Of a stretch of 64,000 nucleotides of DNA, positions 24,320 through 37,649 are shown piece after piece. The notes beneath the pieces were generated by a model, which did no database searches, was not told where the DNA came from, and saw only the letters and a list, made by a program, of their open reading frames with translations. The number at the start of each line of letters is the position of its first letter. The stretch's first letter is position 1. The position numbers and the translations under genes were made by a program. This DNA comes from Octopus sinensis (Eukaryota), in NCBI RefSeq assembly GCF_006345805.1, contig NC_043019.1, positions 14,817,360 through 14,881,359 on the forward strand, written 5' to 3'.

Positions 24320-24822
24320 TGTCTGTGTATATGTTTGTGTGTCTGTGTCTGTCTTCCCAACATCACTTGACAACTGATGCTGGTGTGTTTACGTCCCTGT
24401 AACTTAGCGGTTCGGCAAAAGAGACCGATAGAATAAGTACTTGGCTTACAAAGAATAAGTCCTGGGGTCGATTTGAACTCAGAGCGTAAAGACAGACGAA
24501 ATACCTATTTCTTTATTACCCACAAGGGGCTAAACACAGAGAGGACAAACAACGACAGACAAATGGATTAAGTCGATTAAGGCGGTGCTCCAGCATGGCC
24601 ACAGTCAAATGACTGAAACAAGTAAAAAAGTAAAAGTGCAATTGAAAGAAACACAGAGCATCTCAAAATGAATACAGTAATGGCAGGGTTAAGTTGGTGC
24701 TTGGAACACATTAATAGGGAAATTTGAAGGAAGGTTTTCAATTAAGACTACCAGGGCATTCTCAGGATGTTTGGTAACAAAAAGGTTAAATAGATAAATA
24801 AATAAATAAATTGATAAACTAC

Positions 24823-25137
24823 CAGCTGTGAATTGTTGCCAGAGTGACTGGTGGAAGCCATTTGTTCCCATGTTACATCAAAAGCATATTTGGCCTTCCG
24901 TTGCTGATATGAAGGAAAAGAAGAACTGATCAACTTCTCCAAGCTTGCCATTTCTGTTGCGTTTGTCTCCTGCTTAAACCAAACGGTTCCGTTGGTTGTC
25001 TCATCAGGATCTGTCCAGAAAGCTGCTACAAATGGAACTGAATGAGTCAGAGGAAGAATTTGAGGCTTGAGATTGTCAATACTGTTTGCCGTTTCTTCAG
25101 AACTTTCCGTAAATCTAACGAATCCATTTCTTGAGAC
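24823..25137 (-). CDS. NIDO protein exon 2 (VSRNGFV...PFVAAFWTDPD...GTVWFKQ...AFDVTWEQM...)
   Basis: Acceptor TTTTCTAG, donor CTG|GTAGTT, 315 nt open, phase 0/0; V..NG, P.VA.FW.D.D, G.V and TW motifs of NIDO. Confidence 0.9.
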
Positions 25138-26066
25138 CTAGAAAATGCAAAAGACGAAAAAAAACAACATCATTATCATTCTTATTTCTTTCCTACCCAC
25201 AATGGGCTAAACACAGAGGACAAACAAGGACAGACAAACGGATTGAGTCGATTACATTGACCCCAGTGCGTAACTGGTACTTATTTTATCGACCCCGAAA
25301 GGATGAAAGGCAAAGTCAACCTCGGTGGAATTTGAACTCAGAACGTAACGGCAGACGTAACTAGTACTTATTTAATCGACCCCCAAAAGGATGAAAGGCG
25401 AAGCCGACCTAGGCGGAGTTTGAACTTAGAACATAACGGTTGACGAAGTACCTATTTCCTTACTACCCACAAGCGGCTAAACACACAGAGGACAAACAAG
25501 GACAGACAAACGGATTAAGTCGATTACATCGACCCCAGTGCGTAACTGGTACTTAATTTATCGACCCCGAAAGGATGAAAGGCAAAGTCGATCTCGGCGG
25601 AATTTGAACTCAGAATGTAACGGCAGACGAAATACGGCTACGCATTTCGCCCGGCATGCTAACGTTTCTGCCATATCGCCGCCTTCATCATCATCATTCT
25701 ACAACGTCCATTTTCCCATGCTTGCATGGGTCAAATGGAACTCAGTGAGACAAATTCTTCTACACCTAGGAGCTCTTCCTCTCACCAACCCTCGCTTGCA
25801 TCCAAACAAGGTAATATATTCATGGAAAGGCAGTGAGCTGGCAGAATTGTTAGCATGCCAGGTAAACTGCTTAGCAACATTTTGACTGCATTATTTACGT
25901 TTGATGGATATTTGTCCTCATCTTGTTTGTTGTTAACACGTTTCGGCTGATATACCCTCCAGCCTTCATCAGGTGTCTTGGGAAAAATTTCAAACCTGGG
26001 TTCTCATTCCTAAGGTTGTTGTTGTTGTTGTTGTTGTTATTATTATTATTATTATTACTATTATTA

Positions 26067-26116
<50 letters not shown>

Positions 26117-26126
26117 TTATTATTTT

Positions 26127-26336
26127 GGAGGCACGTGGCTTAGTGGTTAGAGCAGCTGACTTGCGGTCGAGTGGTCGCGGGTTCGAATCTCAGACCGGGG
26201 GATGTGTGTGTTTATGAGCGAAACACCTAAGCTCCATGTGGCTCCGGCAGAAGGTAATGGTGAACTTCTGCTGACTCTTTCGCCACAACTTTCTCTCACT
26301 CTTGCCTCCTGCATCTTGCAGCACACCTGCAACGGA
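26127..26336 (+). mobile_element. SINE family D with a clear tRNA-derived head (possibly tRNA-Arg-like)
   Basis: TGGCTTAGTGG A box and GGTTCGAATCT B box, followed by a non-tRNA body; copies at 41475-41765-, 47289-47680+, 63250-63545+. Confidence 0.85.
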
Positions 26337-26629
26337 CCAAGTATATATATATATATATATATATGTATATGTGTATGTGTGTGTCTGTGTTTGTTCTCTC
26401 AGCATCGCTTGACAAATGATGCTGGTGTGTTTACGTCCCAGTAACTTAGCAGTTTGGCGAAAGAGACCGATAGAATAAGTCCTAGGCTTACAAAGAAGAA
26501 GTCCCGGTGTTGATTTGCTCGACTAAAGGCGGTGCTGCAGCATGGCCGCAGTCAAATGACTGAAACAAGCAAAAGAGAAAAAAAGAGAAAATAAAAGAGA
26601 ATATGTGTGTGTGTGTGTATGTGTATATA

Positions 26630-26672
<43 letters not shown>

Positions 26673-26719
26673 GTATATATATTACATACATTATATATAT
26701 TATATATGTATGTATGTAT

Positions 26720-26769
<50 letters not shown>

Positions 26770-26791
26770 CATAATATAGAGACATATATAT

Positions 26792-26839
<48 letters not shown>

Positions 26840-26845
26840 ATATAT

Positions 26846-26909
<64 letters not shown>

Positions 26910-26921
26910 ACACTTCCTTGA

Positions 26922-26970
<49 letters not shown>

Positions 26971-27079
26971 TTGCAATCTAAGGCCATAGAATCTCTAGAT
27001 CAGTGTCAAAGCTGGTTAGGAGTGGCAGAGAAAATTACTCTGTATTTTATTTTCTAACATTTAATACACACCACACATG

Positions 27080-27138
<59 letters not shown>

Positions 27139-27337
27139 GGAGAGAGTGTGAGAGAGAGAGAGAGTAGGGAGAAGGAGACAGAGAATGAGAAAAGAGACAG
27201 AGAGACAAAGCGAAGTGAGAGAAAGAGAATGAGTGACAGAGACAGACAGAGAGAAAGAAAGAAAGAGGGAAAGAGGGAGAGAGAGAAAAGAGTGGGAGGG
27301 GAACAAAAAGAAAGTGAGAGGGAACGATATAGAGAAA

Positions 27338-27377
<40 letters not shown>

Positions 27378-28089
27378 AGAGGTGTGGCTGATTAATGAAA
27401 ATTTTCTTTTGGTGATTAAGTAGTGTGTCATGGGGGAGGGTGGTGGTGGAGAAGGAGATGGAGTGAGTAGTAGGGTAGAGAGGGTAGGAGGGTTTTCAGC
27501 AAACCACAGAGTGGGGGTGGCAGGTGGGACAACAGATGCCTACATGTGAGATTAAAGTGGGGCATATTAAGTTTGATATGCTATAGATTACTCTCTCTCT
27601 TTTACTTGTTTCAGTCATTTGACTGTGGCCATGCTGGAGCACCGCCTTTAGTCGAGCAAATCGACCCCAGGATTTATTCTTTGTAAGCCTAAGTACTTAT
27701 TCTATTGGACTCATTTGCCGAACTGCTAAGTTACGGGGACGTAAACACCCCAGCATTGGTTGTCAAGCGATGTTGGGGGGAACGTGTCTATTAGTAAATA
27801 TACACAAAAGTATATATTTTTACTCATACACACAAACGTAACATACATACAGACACATACACACACACACACATAAATGCACAAGCACACACAGATTTCA
27901 GAAAATTCGTGTGTTCCCCTCTAAATATAACTCATTGCAGACAGATACACATACATATGTACGATGGGCTTATTTCAGTTTCTGTCTACCAAATCCACTC
28001 ACAAGGCTTTGGTCGGCCATGACTGCGATTTTGCTCGGCTTGATGGGTCTTCTTCCCAAGCACGACATAATGCCAAAGGTCTCGGTCAT

Positions 28090-28285
28090 TGCCTCTGTGA
28101 GGCCCAACACTCGAAAGGAACTCAGCCACTTTACCTCCATGAGGCCGAATGCTTGAAAGGGACTCAGCCACCTTGCCTCCATGTGGCCCAACGCTCAAAA
28201 AGAACTCAACCTCTTTGCCCCCACGAGGCCCAAAGCTTGAAAGGAACTCGGCCACTTTGCCTTTGTGAGGCCCAACATTCAAAAG
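28090..28285. repeat. 42-bp minisatellite, ~5 units
   Basis: GAGGCCCAACACTCGAAAGGAACTCAGCCACTTTACCTCCAT-like unit. Confidence 0.8.
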
Positions 28286-28889
28286 GTGCCCTTTACGTGC
28301 CACCTACACAAGTGCCAGTTACGTGGCACCAGTATTAACCGTGACTACAATTTCACTTGGTTTGATGGGTCTTCTCAAGTACAGCATATCGCCAATGGTC
28401 TCGGTCACTAGACATTGCCTCTGTGAGGCTCACCATCATCGTTTAACGTCCGTTTTCCACGCTAGCACGGGTTGGACGGTTCGACCGGGGTCTGGGAAGC
28501 CAGGAGGCTGCACCAGGCTCCAGTCTAATCTGGCAGTGTTTCTACAGCTGGATGCCCTTCCTAACGCCAACCACTCTGCGAGTGTAGTGGGTGCTTTTTA
28601 CGTGCCACCGGCATAGGTGCCAGGGGAGTCTGGCAGCGGCCACGATCGGTTGGTGCTTTTAACATGCCACCAGCTCATATATATATATATATTATATATA
28701 CACAGGGTGTGGTGAATGTATATTGTTGTCTAAATTATGTAAAAATGAAAATAACACTGACATCTCATTTTCACAGATATATTCACCAAAATTACATAAA
28801 AATGTTTTGAAATACTAAAGAGTAGATTTCTTCAGTAAAATCGCCATTGGCATCAGAGGTGTCGGGTTAGGGTTAGGGTTCTTGTGTAT

Positions 28890-29200
28890 TTGTAATATAA
28901 CCACAAGGCCAATCCTTCCTGCATATGGCATTATAATTAGTTTTTGTGACAATGTCGGGTCTCATGAAGAAGTAGCTACTTTGAGATATTTTTGGACAAC
29001 CTCTGATGATGTAGCTAATTTCTTTCATGATGATATGGCAAAAACTGGACATTTTCTAGCACAATGAAGGCGCCAAGATGCATTCTTCTCTCTCTTGCTC
29101 ATCAGATATGTAGTAGCTATTTCCTGTTCTAGGATAACAAAGACATATCTTTTTTAGGTATGATGTCATGTATTCATCAATGGTCTGGGAGAGTCTACTA
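28890..29200 (-). mobile_element. R4/Dong-like (RLE-type) non-LTR retrotransposon remnant
   Basis: Minus strand EQEIATTYLMSKR...FCH..MKEISYIIRGCPKISQ..Y..MRPDIV resembles the post-RT CCHC region. Confidence 0.55.
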
Positions 29201-29834
29201 TTTCTACTCTTTTACTCTCTTTTACTTGTTTCAGTCATGTGACTGTGGCCATGCTGGAGCACTGCCTTTAGTCGAGCAAATTGACCCCAGGACTTATTCT
29301 TTGGAAGCCTAGTACTTATTCTATTGGTCTCTTTTGCCGAACCGCTAAGTTAAGGGGACGTAAACACACCAGCATCAGTTGTCAAGCGATGTTGGGGGGA
29401 CAAACACAGACACACAATCATACACACAAACACACACCACACACACACACAACACACACACACACATATATATATGTATACATATATACGATGGGTTTTT
29501 TCATTTGCTGTCTACCAAATCCACTCACAAGGTTTTGGTTGGCCCCTGAGGCTATAGTAGAAGACACTTGCCCAAGATGCCACACAGTGGGACTGAACCC
29601 GGAACCATGTGGTTGGTAAGCAAACTACTTACCACACAGCCACTCCTGCGCCTATGCTGAGTAACAAGTACAAAGTTCTCCTTGTACTCATTTCTTCTGT
29701 ACTCAATTCTCTCTGTACTGTTTAAAAACTGTTTACTAAGTAATATGATGCTGTACTCAAAGGCTGCCTGCAATGAGTTACATTCAGAGATGAACACACG
29801 AATTTTCTGAAATCTCTGTGTGTGCTTGTGCATT

Positions 29835-29870
<36 letters not shown>

Positions 29871-30039
29871 AGTAAAAATATATACTTTTGTGTATATTTA
29901 CTAATAGACACGTTCATACATTTACACAGATATTTCACTGTTACACAGACATAACATTCAACAGACAGGCAGGCATGGATTTATATTCACGTCACACAGA
30001 CAATAAGTCACTGACATACACATGCACCCATATATATAT

Positions 30040-30093
<54 letters not shown>

Positions 30094-30377
30094 TATATAT
30101 ATAAATATATATAAATATATGTATATATAGCACACAGACATATATGTGATATATATATATACACACATATATATACATATACACAACACATATACATATG
30201 TATATTATATATATATATACATATATATACACATGTGTATATAAGAATATATATATATTTATATATATATATACATGTGTATATAAGAATATATATATAT
30301 TTATATATATATACATGTGTATATAAGAATATATATATATTTATATATATATACATGTGTATATATGAATATTTATT

Positions 30378-30430
<53 letters not shown>

Positions 30431-30810
30431 GTGTATTTATGTATCTATGAGTATATATCCATACATAGATACATACACGCATACATAAATAAACACACAC
30501 ACACACACAGAGGCATCGAAGTACACAGGAGGAACTGTTAAGTGCTTCGTTATCATTATCTCAAATTATGACCAAATAAATATAACTTTTCGCCGAAATA
30601 CTTTCGTAACCCAAATTGGCCGAGCGCTAGATATTTTGGCTCTCGATGGCAACTGGTTTTCATAATGGCATAATTGTTAACGGAGAGGAATGCCAGAGAA
30701 AACAGTAATTGTTGCTAATAATCTTGCAAGTGGCGCGAACCTCGTCTTTTGCACACACAGGGCATGGTTTTGTCTGATGAAGCAATATGAAGGCTTAACT
30801 TAGAATTGTC

Positions 30811-30848
<38 letters not shown>

Positions 30849-31281
30849 ATAGGATGCAGAAGTTTGTGCATAACAGCATTTATTTTTATTTTTATTTATT
30901 TATTTAGTTTCAGCTCACAAGCTGTGACCATGCTGGGGCACCCCATGTGTATCAATTAAAACCTTTATGCGTATTATGTTAACCATTGCCCAAGATGCCC
31001 AGGTCTGCTGGTCGTAGTTAGGTCGTTTATTTTGTGATACAGTGTGTGTATGTGTGTGTGTCAGTAAGTGATTGTATACATACATACATACATATATCAT
31101 CATCGTCGTCTGATGTCCATATTCTACGCTGGCAGGGAATGGATGGTTTGACAACCCATATATATGTATATATATATATATGCATGCAGACATATATGTG
31201 TGTATATATATACACACGCATATATATACATATACACATACATATACATATATGTATATTATATATATATATATATATACA

Positions 31282-31666
31282 TCTCTCTCTATATAAACGG
31301 CAGTTTGTCTGTGCGTGTTTCTGTGTGTCTGTTTGCTTGTACCCTCACCCTGACCACGGCTTTCTACCGATTCTGATGAAACTTGACACACACATAGCCC
31401 AATGTCATAATTCAAAACTAACGCAGCGAAAATTTTGAAAAGTTCCCCCAGTTCTGAAAAAAATCGATAAATTCGACATGGGGTCGAGAATCAGGAATAC
31501 GAACCACAAACTGTCTAGGGGACGCAACTCTACCTTTTTTAAATCTCAAAAAAAAATTTACCATAATTTTTTTCCATTTTTTTGCTATTTTTTGGCTATA
31601 ACTCTCTAAAAATGCTTTATAGTTATTTCCCTTACAAACCTGAGCAACGCCGGGCGATACTGCTAG
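31282..31666 (+). mobile_element. Non-autonomous Helitron-like element sharing its 3' ~120 bp with 5527-5824
   Basis: A|TCTCTCTCTATATAAA start, same hairpin, CTAG|T end. Confidence 0.75.
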
Positions 31667-33822
31667 TGTGTATATAAGAATATATATATATATATATATA
31701 TATACATGTGTATATATATATATATACACAGATATACACACACACCACCACCACTTGATAAGATATGTCAAGTTAAGTAAAATTGCGGCGTTCCACATGT
31801 AGAGGCTTGTCCTCTACAGGTGCTTGTGCTACATGAAAAGCACTAGGCCAGTGCTGCATTAACGCACCCATGCTGGTGCCATGGAAATACACTCCTGCTG
31901 GTGCCACGTAAACGCAACTGTGCCAGTGGCACCCAGTATACTCTCCTAAGTGACTGGCATTAGGAAGGGCATCCAGCTGTAGAAACCATGCCACAATAGA
32001 CAGTTGGAGTCTGGACAGCTACCAGATGGCCGGCCAGCTCCACATCAAACCGTCCATCCTATGCCAGCATGGAGAGAGCAGATATTAAACGATGATGAGG
32101 AAGTTAAGAAGTCTGTTTCCTGAACATGTGTTTCAAGTTCACTCCTAATGCATGGTACATTGGACAAGCGCTCATAAACATCTGTGAAGTTATTGCTGAT
32201 ATATATCGTTCATTGCTTCTGTATTATGGGCAGGATTTGTTTTCTGAACCAAGATAACGTCTTGTTTCTTCCTGTATTACAAGCTTACAAGGCTATGGGA
32301 TATTTCAACATTCTGATCTTGAGTTTTATGATCAGGAAGTTTTTGAAGTATTTTCAAAGAATCTTTGTACAATGCCCTACATTGCAGATGCATTGTTAGT
32401 TGTCTGTAAAGATAGGTGCGGCTTTAACCAACAGATTATAATACATAATTGATGGTAGTAGCTGTCATGTGTCAACAACTAATGTTTGTTCACAACATGG
32501 GACTTAGTGTAGAAGTGGCTGTGGGGTAAGAAATTTCCTTCCCAACCATATGGTTTCAGGTTCAGTCCCACTCTATGGTACCTTGAGCAAGTGCCTTCTA
32601 GTATAACTTCGAGCCAACCAAAGAATTGTGGGTGAATTTGACAGACAGAAAGAATCAAATTGTCTATACGTGTGTGTGCGTGTGTTTGTCCCACATCACA
32701 TGACAACTGGCAGTTTGGCAAAAAAAGAATGATAAAATAAGTATCAGGTTTAAAAATAAAGTACTAGGGTTAATTTGTTCAACTAATTCAGCAGTGCCCT
32801 ACAGTTCTTAGATCTAAAAAGTCTAACACAGCTGAATTCTAGATCTGAAACTTTCAGCAGTTGTAAGCATATGACTAAGTTCCTGTTGATGAATTAGAAA
32901 GTGCCCCTCTCTCTAGATTGAACAATTGTATCACAGACTCTAAGCCACTATCTTTTCAGGCTTATATTTTAAAGTCTAAGGGGAAATAACCCTAATTCTC
33001 CCCTTTTGTATTTTTCTGTTTTCTTTTTCTGGATTTTCAACCTCCCACCTTTTACATTTACTTCTTTCTTGCTTTTCTCTCATCCTGCTGCCTCATTTTT
33101 AGTTCATTAAACCATATGGGCAGTATCTGATAATTGGGCTACGAGATCAGATGTGTTAAAAATACCGTCTGGCATGCTCTCAGCACAGGAAACTAATAGT
33201 AGCACATAAAAACATATATTGTGTTTATTAATTAAAAATATATATATATATATATATGCACTAGGTCTGTGGGAAGATTGTTCTTACGATATAAGGATGT
33301 TTGCAAAAGGGACATGAAGGCTTGCGACATCAATATTAGCAACTGGGAAGCAGTTGCCAGCAACCATGGAGACTGGCGACGTACCGTAAAAGAGGGAACC
33401 CAAAGGAGTGACAGAGGAGAGAGAGAGAAGAGAAATGGAAAGACAAGAAAAGACGTCAACAAGAAACTATGACGTTACAACCAGCCAGGCAAAGTCTTCG
33501 CTACAAATGGGATTGCACCTAGAAAGTTACCATCCGAGGCACAAGTCCAGGCAAGGTTGTTTATGAAAGGCCAGCAGTCACTCATGCATACCAGCCTCCC
33601 CTCTCTCCATGCCTCCGATGTTATCCAAGAGAAAGGCAAAGGGGCCGATACAGCTTGGCATCAGTGACGTTGCAACTCCATTTCCACAGCTGAGTGAACT
33701 GAAGCAACGTGAAATAAAGTGTCTTGCTCAAGAACACAACATGCAGCCCGGTCCAGGATTCAAACTCACAACCTCATGGTCATAACCTCGATGCTCTAAC
33801 CAATGATCCATGGGCTTTCACT

Positions 33823-33858
<36 letters not shown>

Positions 33859-34634
33859 ATATATAGGTGATAAATAAGAATATATGCATACATACAAACA
33901 TATATGTACGTACCTACATCTACATGTATATATACATGCATATATAAATAATTATACGTGAGTACAGGACATCACAATAAGACGTAGAAATGGAAAAACA
34001 AAAAAACAAAAAACAAGAAAACGAAAAAACAATTACAGGACGAGTTACACAAGGACAAAACCCCCGTCATCAGCTGTCGCTAGTGGAGTCAAGCATGTTT
34101 TGAAGGCAGATACACATATATAAATATATACATGCACATATATAGGTATGTATATACATGTGGGTTTGTGTGTATGTGTGTGCACATGTGTGTGTTTGTG
34201 TGCGTGTGTGCATGTGTGTGGGTATGTGTTTGTATATGTGTGTTTATGCTTTTACATGCATATATCATATTTAGACAAACACATGTATTTTAATTATTGC
34301 TATAACTGCGAATGTATGAATGCATGCATGTATGTATGAATGTATGTATGTATGTATGTATGTATGTGTGTATGTATGCATGCATGTGTGTGTGTGTGTA
34401 TGTATGCATGCATTTATGTACGAATGTATGTATATATGTGTATGTATATGTGACAACTCCTCTGTATTCTGAATAGCAGCAGACAACATTATTTAAAAAA
34501 TCCTTGTTATACATACATATACATACATACGTCATCATCGTTTAACGTCTGTTTTCCATGCTTGCATGGGTTGGACGATTTGACTGGGGTCTGGGAAGCC
34601 AGGAGGCTGCACCAGGCTCCAGTCTGATCTAGCA

Positions 34635-34692
<58 letters not shown>

Positions 34693-34969
34693 GTGCGGTG
34701 GCACGTAAAATACACCAATCCGACCGTGGCCATTGCCAGCCTCGCGTGGCACCTGTGCAGGTGGCACATAAAAAGCACCCACTACACTCACGGAGTGGTT
34801 GGCGTTAGGAAGGGCATCCAGCTGTAGAAACATTGCCAGATAAGACTGGAGCCTGGTGCAGCCTCCTGGCTTCCCAGATCCCCGGTTGAACAGTCCAACC
34901 CATGCTAGCATGGAGAACAGACGTTAAACAATGATGAAGATGATGATGATATACATATACATACATACA

Positions 34970-35011
<42 letters not shown>

Positions 35012-35099
35012 CCATGTTCTGACCCACCTTCTATTAAATATTTCAATTGACACAAATAATAAAGAGACAGATTACAGATATAACTGCCTACTACTACTA

Positions 35100-35140
<41 letters not shown>

Positions 35141-35594
35141 ATACTACTACAACTACAAATAGCCTGACCAGGTACCACTCCTTGAAAAAAAAATGTAAGT
35201 GCTTGTATGTAAGTATATGTGAGTGTGTGCACGTGTGTGTGTGTGTGTGTTTGTGTGTGTGTGTGCACGTGTGTGTGTGTGTTGTGTTTCTATTGTTTTA
35301 CTATATAACAAAATATAATTTTAACTAAACAATCAACCAGCTGGTTTTAAATTTCTTCCTAGTATCCATGTTAATTGCTAAAGATTTAATCTGGTATTGA
35401 AATTCTAAATAGTTACAAACTAAATAGTTATAGGCATAGGAGTGGCTGTGTGGTAAGTAGGTTGCTTACCAACCACATGGTTCCGGGTTCAGTCCCACTG
35501 CATAGCACCTTGGGCAAGTGTCTTCTACTATAGCCTCGGGCCGACCAAAGCCTTGTGAGTGGATTTGGTAGACGGAAACTGAAAGAAGGCCGTG

Positions 35595-36662
35595 GTATTT
35601 GGATCAGGTAATGAAGGTTACGGAGAGGGTCATAGCCCAACTGATTAGGAAGAGAGTCAGCTTGGATGAGATGCAGTTTGGTTTCGTGCCTGGGAAAAGC
35701 ACCACGGATGCCATATTTCTGGTAAGACAGCTGCAGGAGAAATACCTAGCCAAAGATAAGCCCCTGTACCTGGCTTTCGTTGACATGGAGAAAGCCTTCG
35801 ACAGGGTCTCCTGATCCCTTATCTGGTGGTCAATGAGGAAACTAGGGATAGATGAATGGTTAGTGAGAGCTGTGCAAGCCATGTACAGGGACGCTGTAAG
35901 TAAGGTGAGGGTTGGCAATGAGTACACTGGAGAATTCAGGGTAGACATAGGGGTCCACCAAGGTTCAGTCCTCAGCCCCCTCCTATTTATCATAGTCCTC
36001 CAGGCAATAACAGAGGAATTCAAGACAGGATGCCTCTGGGAGCTTCTCTATGCTGATGACCTTGCTCTAATTGCTGAGTCACTATCAGAACTAGAGAAGT
36101 TTCAGGTGTGGAAGCAAGGATTAGAATCGAAGGGCCTTAGAATCAACCTAGCTAAAACCAAAGTTCTAATATGTAGGAAGGCAGGCAAACCACAAATCCT
36201 TTCAGGTAGATGGCCCTGCTCGATATGTAGAAAAGGCGTAGGTAGAAACTCTATAAGAGTATAAGCTATGGACACATAAGAGGTGCAGCAATGTCAAAGG
36301 AAGGCTAACTAAGAAGATAGTTTTTGTATGTGGCAGATGCTTGGGAGCAATAAACACTGAAAATGCGCAGAGACCAACTTCCGCCACATTCCAGGGAGAA
36401 AAACTAGAAGTTGTTGATATCTTCCGTTACCTAGGTGACCAAGTCAGTGGCTGGGGAGGGTGCGCTGAAAGTGTAGCTGCTAGAATAAGAATAGCCTGGG
36501 CAAAGTTCAGAGAGCTCTTACCTCTGCTGGTGACAAAGGGCCTCTCACTCAGAGTAAAAGGTAGACTGTATGACGCTTGTGTACGAACAGCCATGCTACA
36601 TGGCAGTGAAACATGGGCCGTGACTGCTGAGGACATGCGTAAGCTCGCAAGGAATGAAGCCA
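35595..36662 (+). mobile_element. RTE-clade LINE reverse transcriptase fragment (pseudogene)
   Basis: QFGFVPGKSTTDAIF, AFVDMEKAFDRV, GVHQGSVLSPLLF, LYADD, FRYLG, LHGSETW; contains stops and frameshifts. Confidence 0.92.
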
Positions 36663-37649
36663 TTTAACAAATTGTACTCATAAGGAATTGGTCATTAAAC
36701 ACATACATGCACGTGCACACACACACCACACACACACACAACACACACACACGCATCATTATCATCATCATCATCAACATTGTTTTGATCTTTTTAATGT
36801 CCACTTTCTTATGGCTCAGACAAAAGTAATTGAGGCTGACTTTGCATGGCCAGATATTTTTCCTGTCGCCAATCCTCACAGAAGATTGCAAACAGCACCA
36901 CTTGTATAAGAATGATGTTTGTTTATGACTAAGCACTCAACATCGAGAGAAGGAACGGCGATGAGCTGGCAGAAACGATAGCACGCAGGGTGAAATGCGT
37001 AGCCGTATTTCGTCTGCCGTTACGTTCTGAGTTCAAATACCGCCGAGGTCGACTTTGCCTTTCATCCTTTCGAGGTCGATTAAATAAGTACCAGTTACGC
37101 ACTGGGGTCGATGTAATCGACTTAATCCATTGTCTGTCCTTGTTTGTCCTCTCTGTGTTTAGCCCCTTGTGGGTAGGAAAGAAATAGGTACTTCGTCAAC
37201 CGTTATGTTCTAAGTTCAAACTCTGCCTAGGTCGGCTTCGCCTTTCATCCTTTCAGGGTCGATTAAATAAGTACAAGTTACGCCCTGGGGTCGATATAAT
37301 CGACTTAATCCGTTTGTCTGTCCTTGTTTGCCCTCTCTGTGTTTAGCCCCTTGTGAGTAGTAAAGAAATAGGTATTTCATCTGCCACTACATTCTGAGTT
37401 CAAATTCTGCCTAGGTCGACTTTGCCTTGTCTGAAAATCTTTCATCACACATCCTGTGTCCTCTACTGTGACTCTCCATCCCATGTGTCTCCTTCTGTTC
37501 TATTTAATCCAATCTGTCTTTCCATGGTGGATATCTTTATCTGATAAGGATACACACCATAGAAAGGCTTATCCTCTCACCCCCAAATTGCTGGCCTTCT
37601 GCCAAAATTTGAAATCATTATTATTATTATTATATGTGTCCTCTCTACC

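Noticed and set aside
26127-26200. tRNA-like sequences (also 41690-41765, 47289-47360, 63250-63320)
   Set aside because: A and B boxes are present but the acceptor stem is absent and each continues into a shared SINE body.
28864-28880. Interstitial telomere
   Set aside because: Only about three TTAGGG-phase units.
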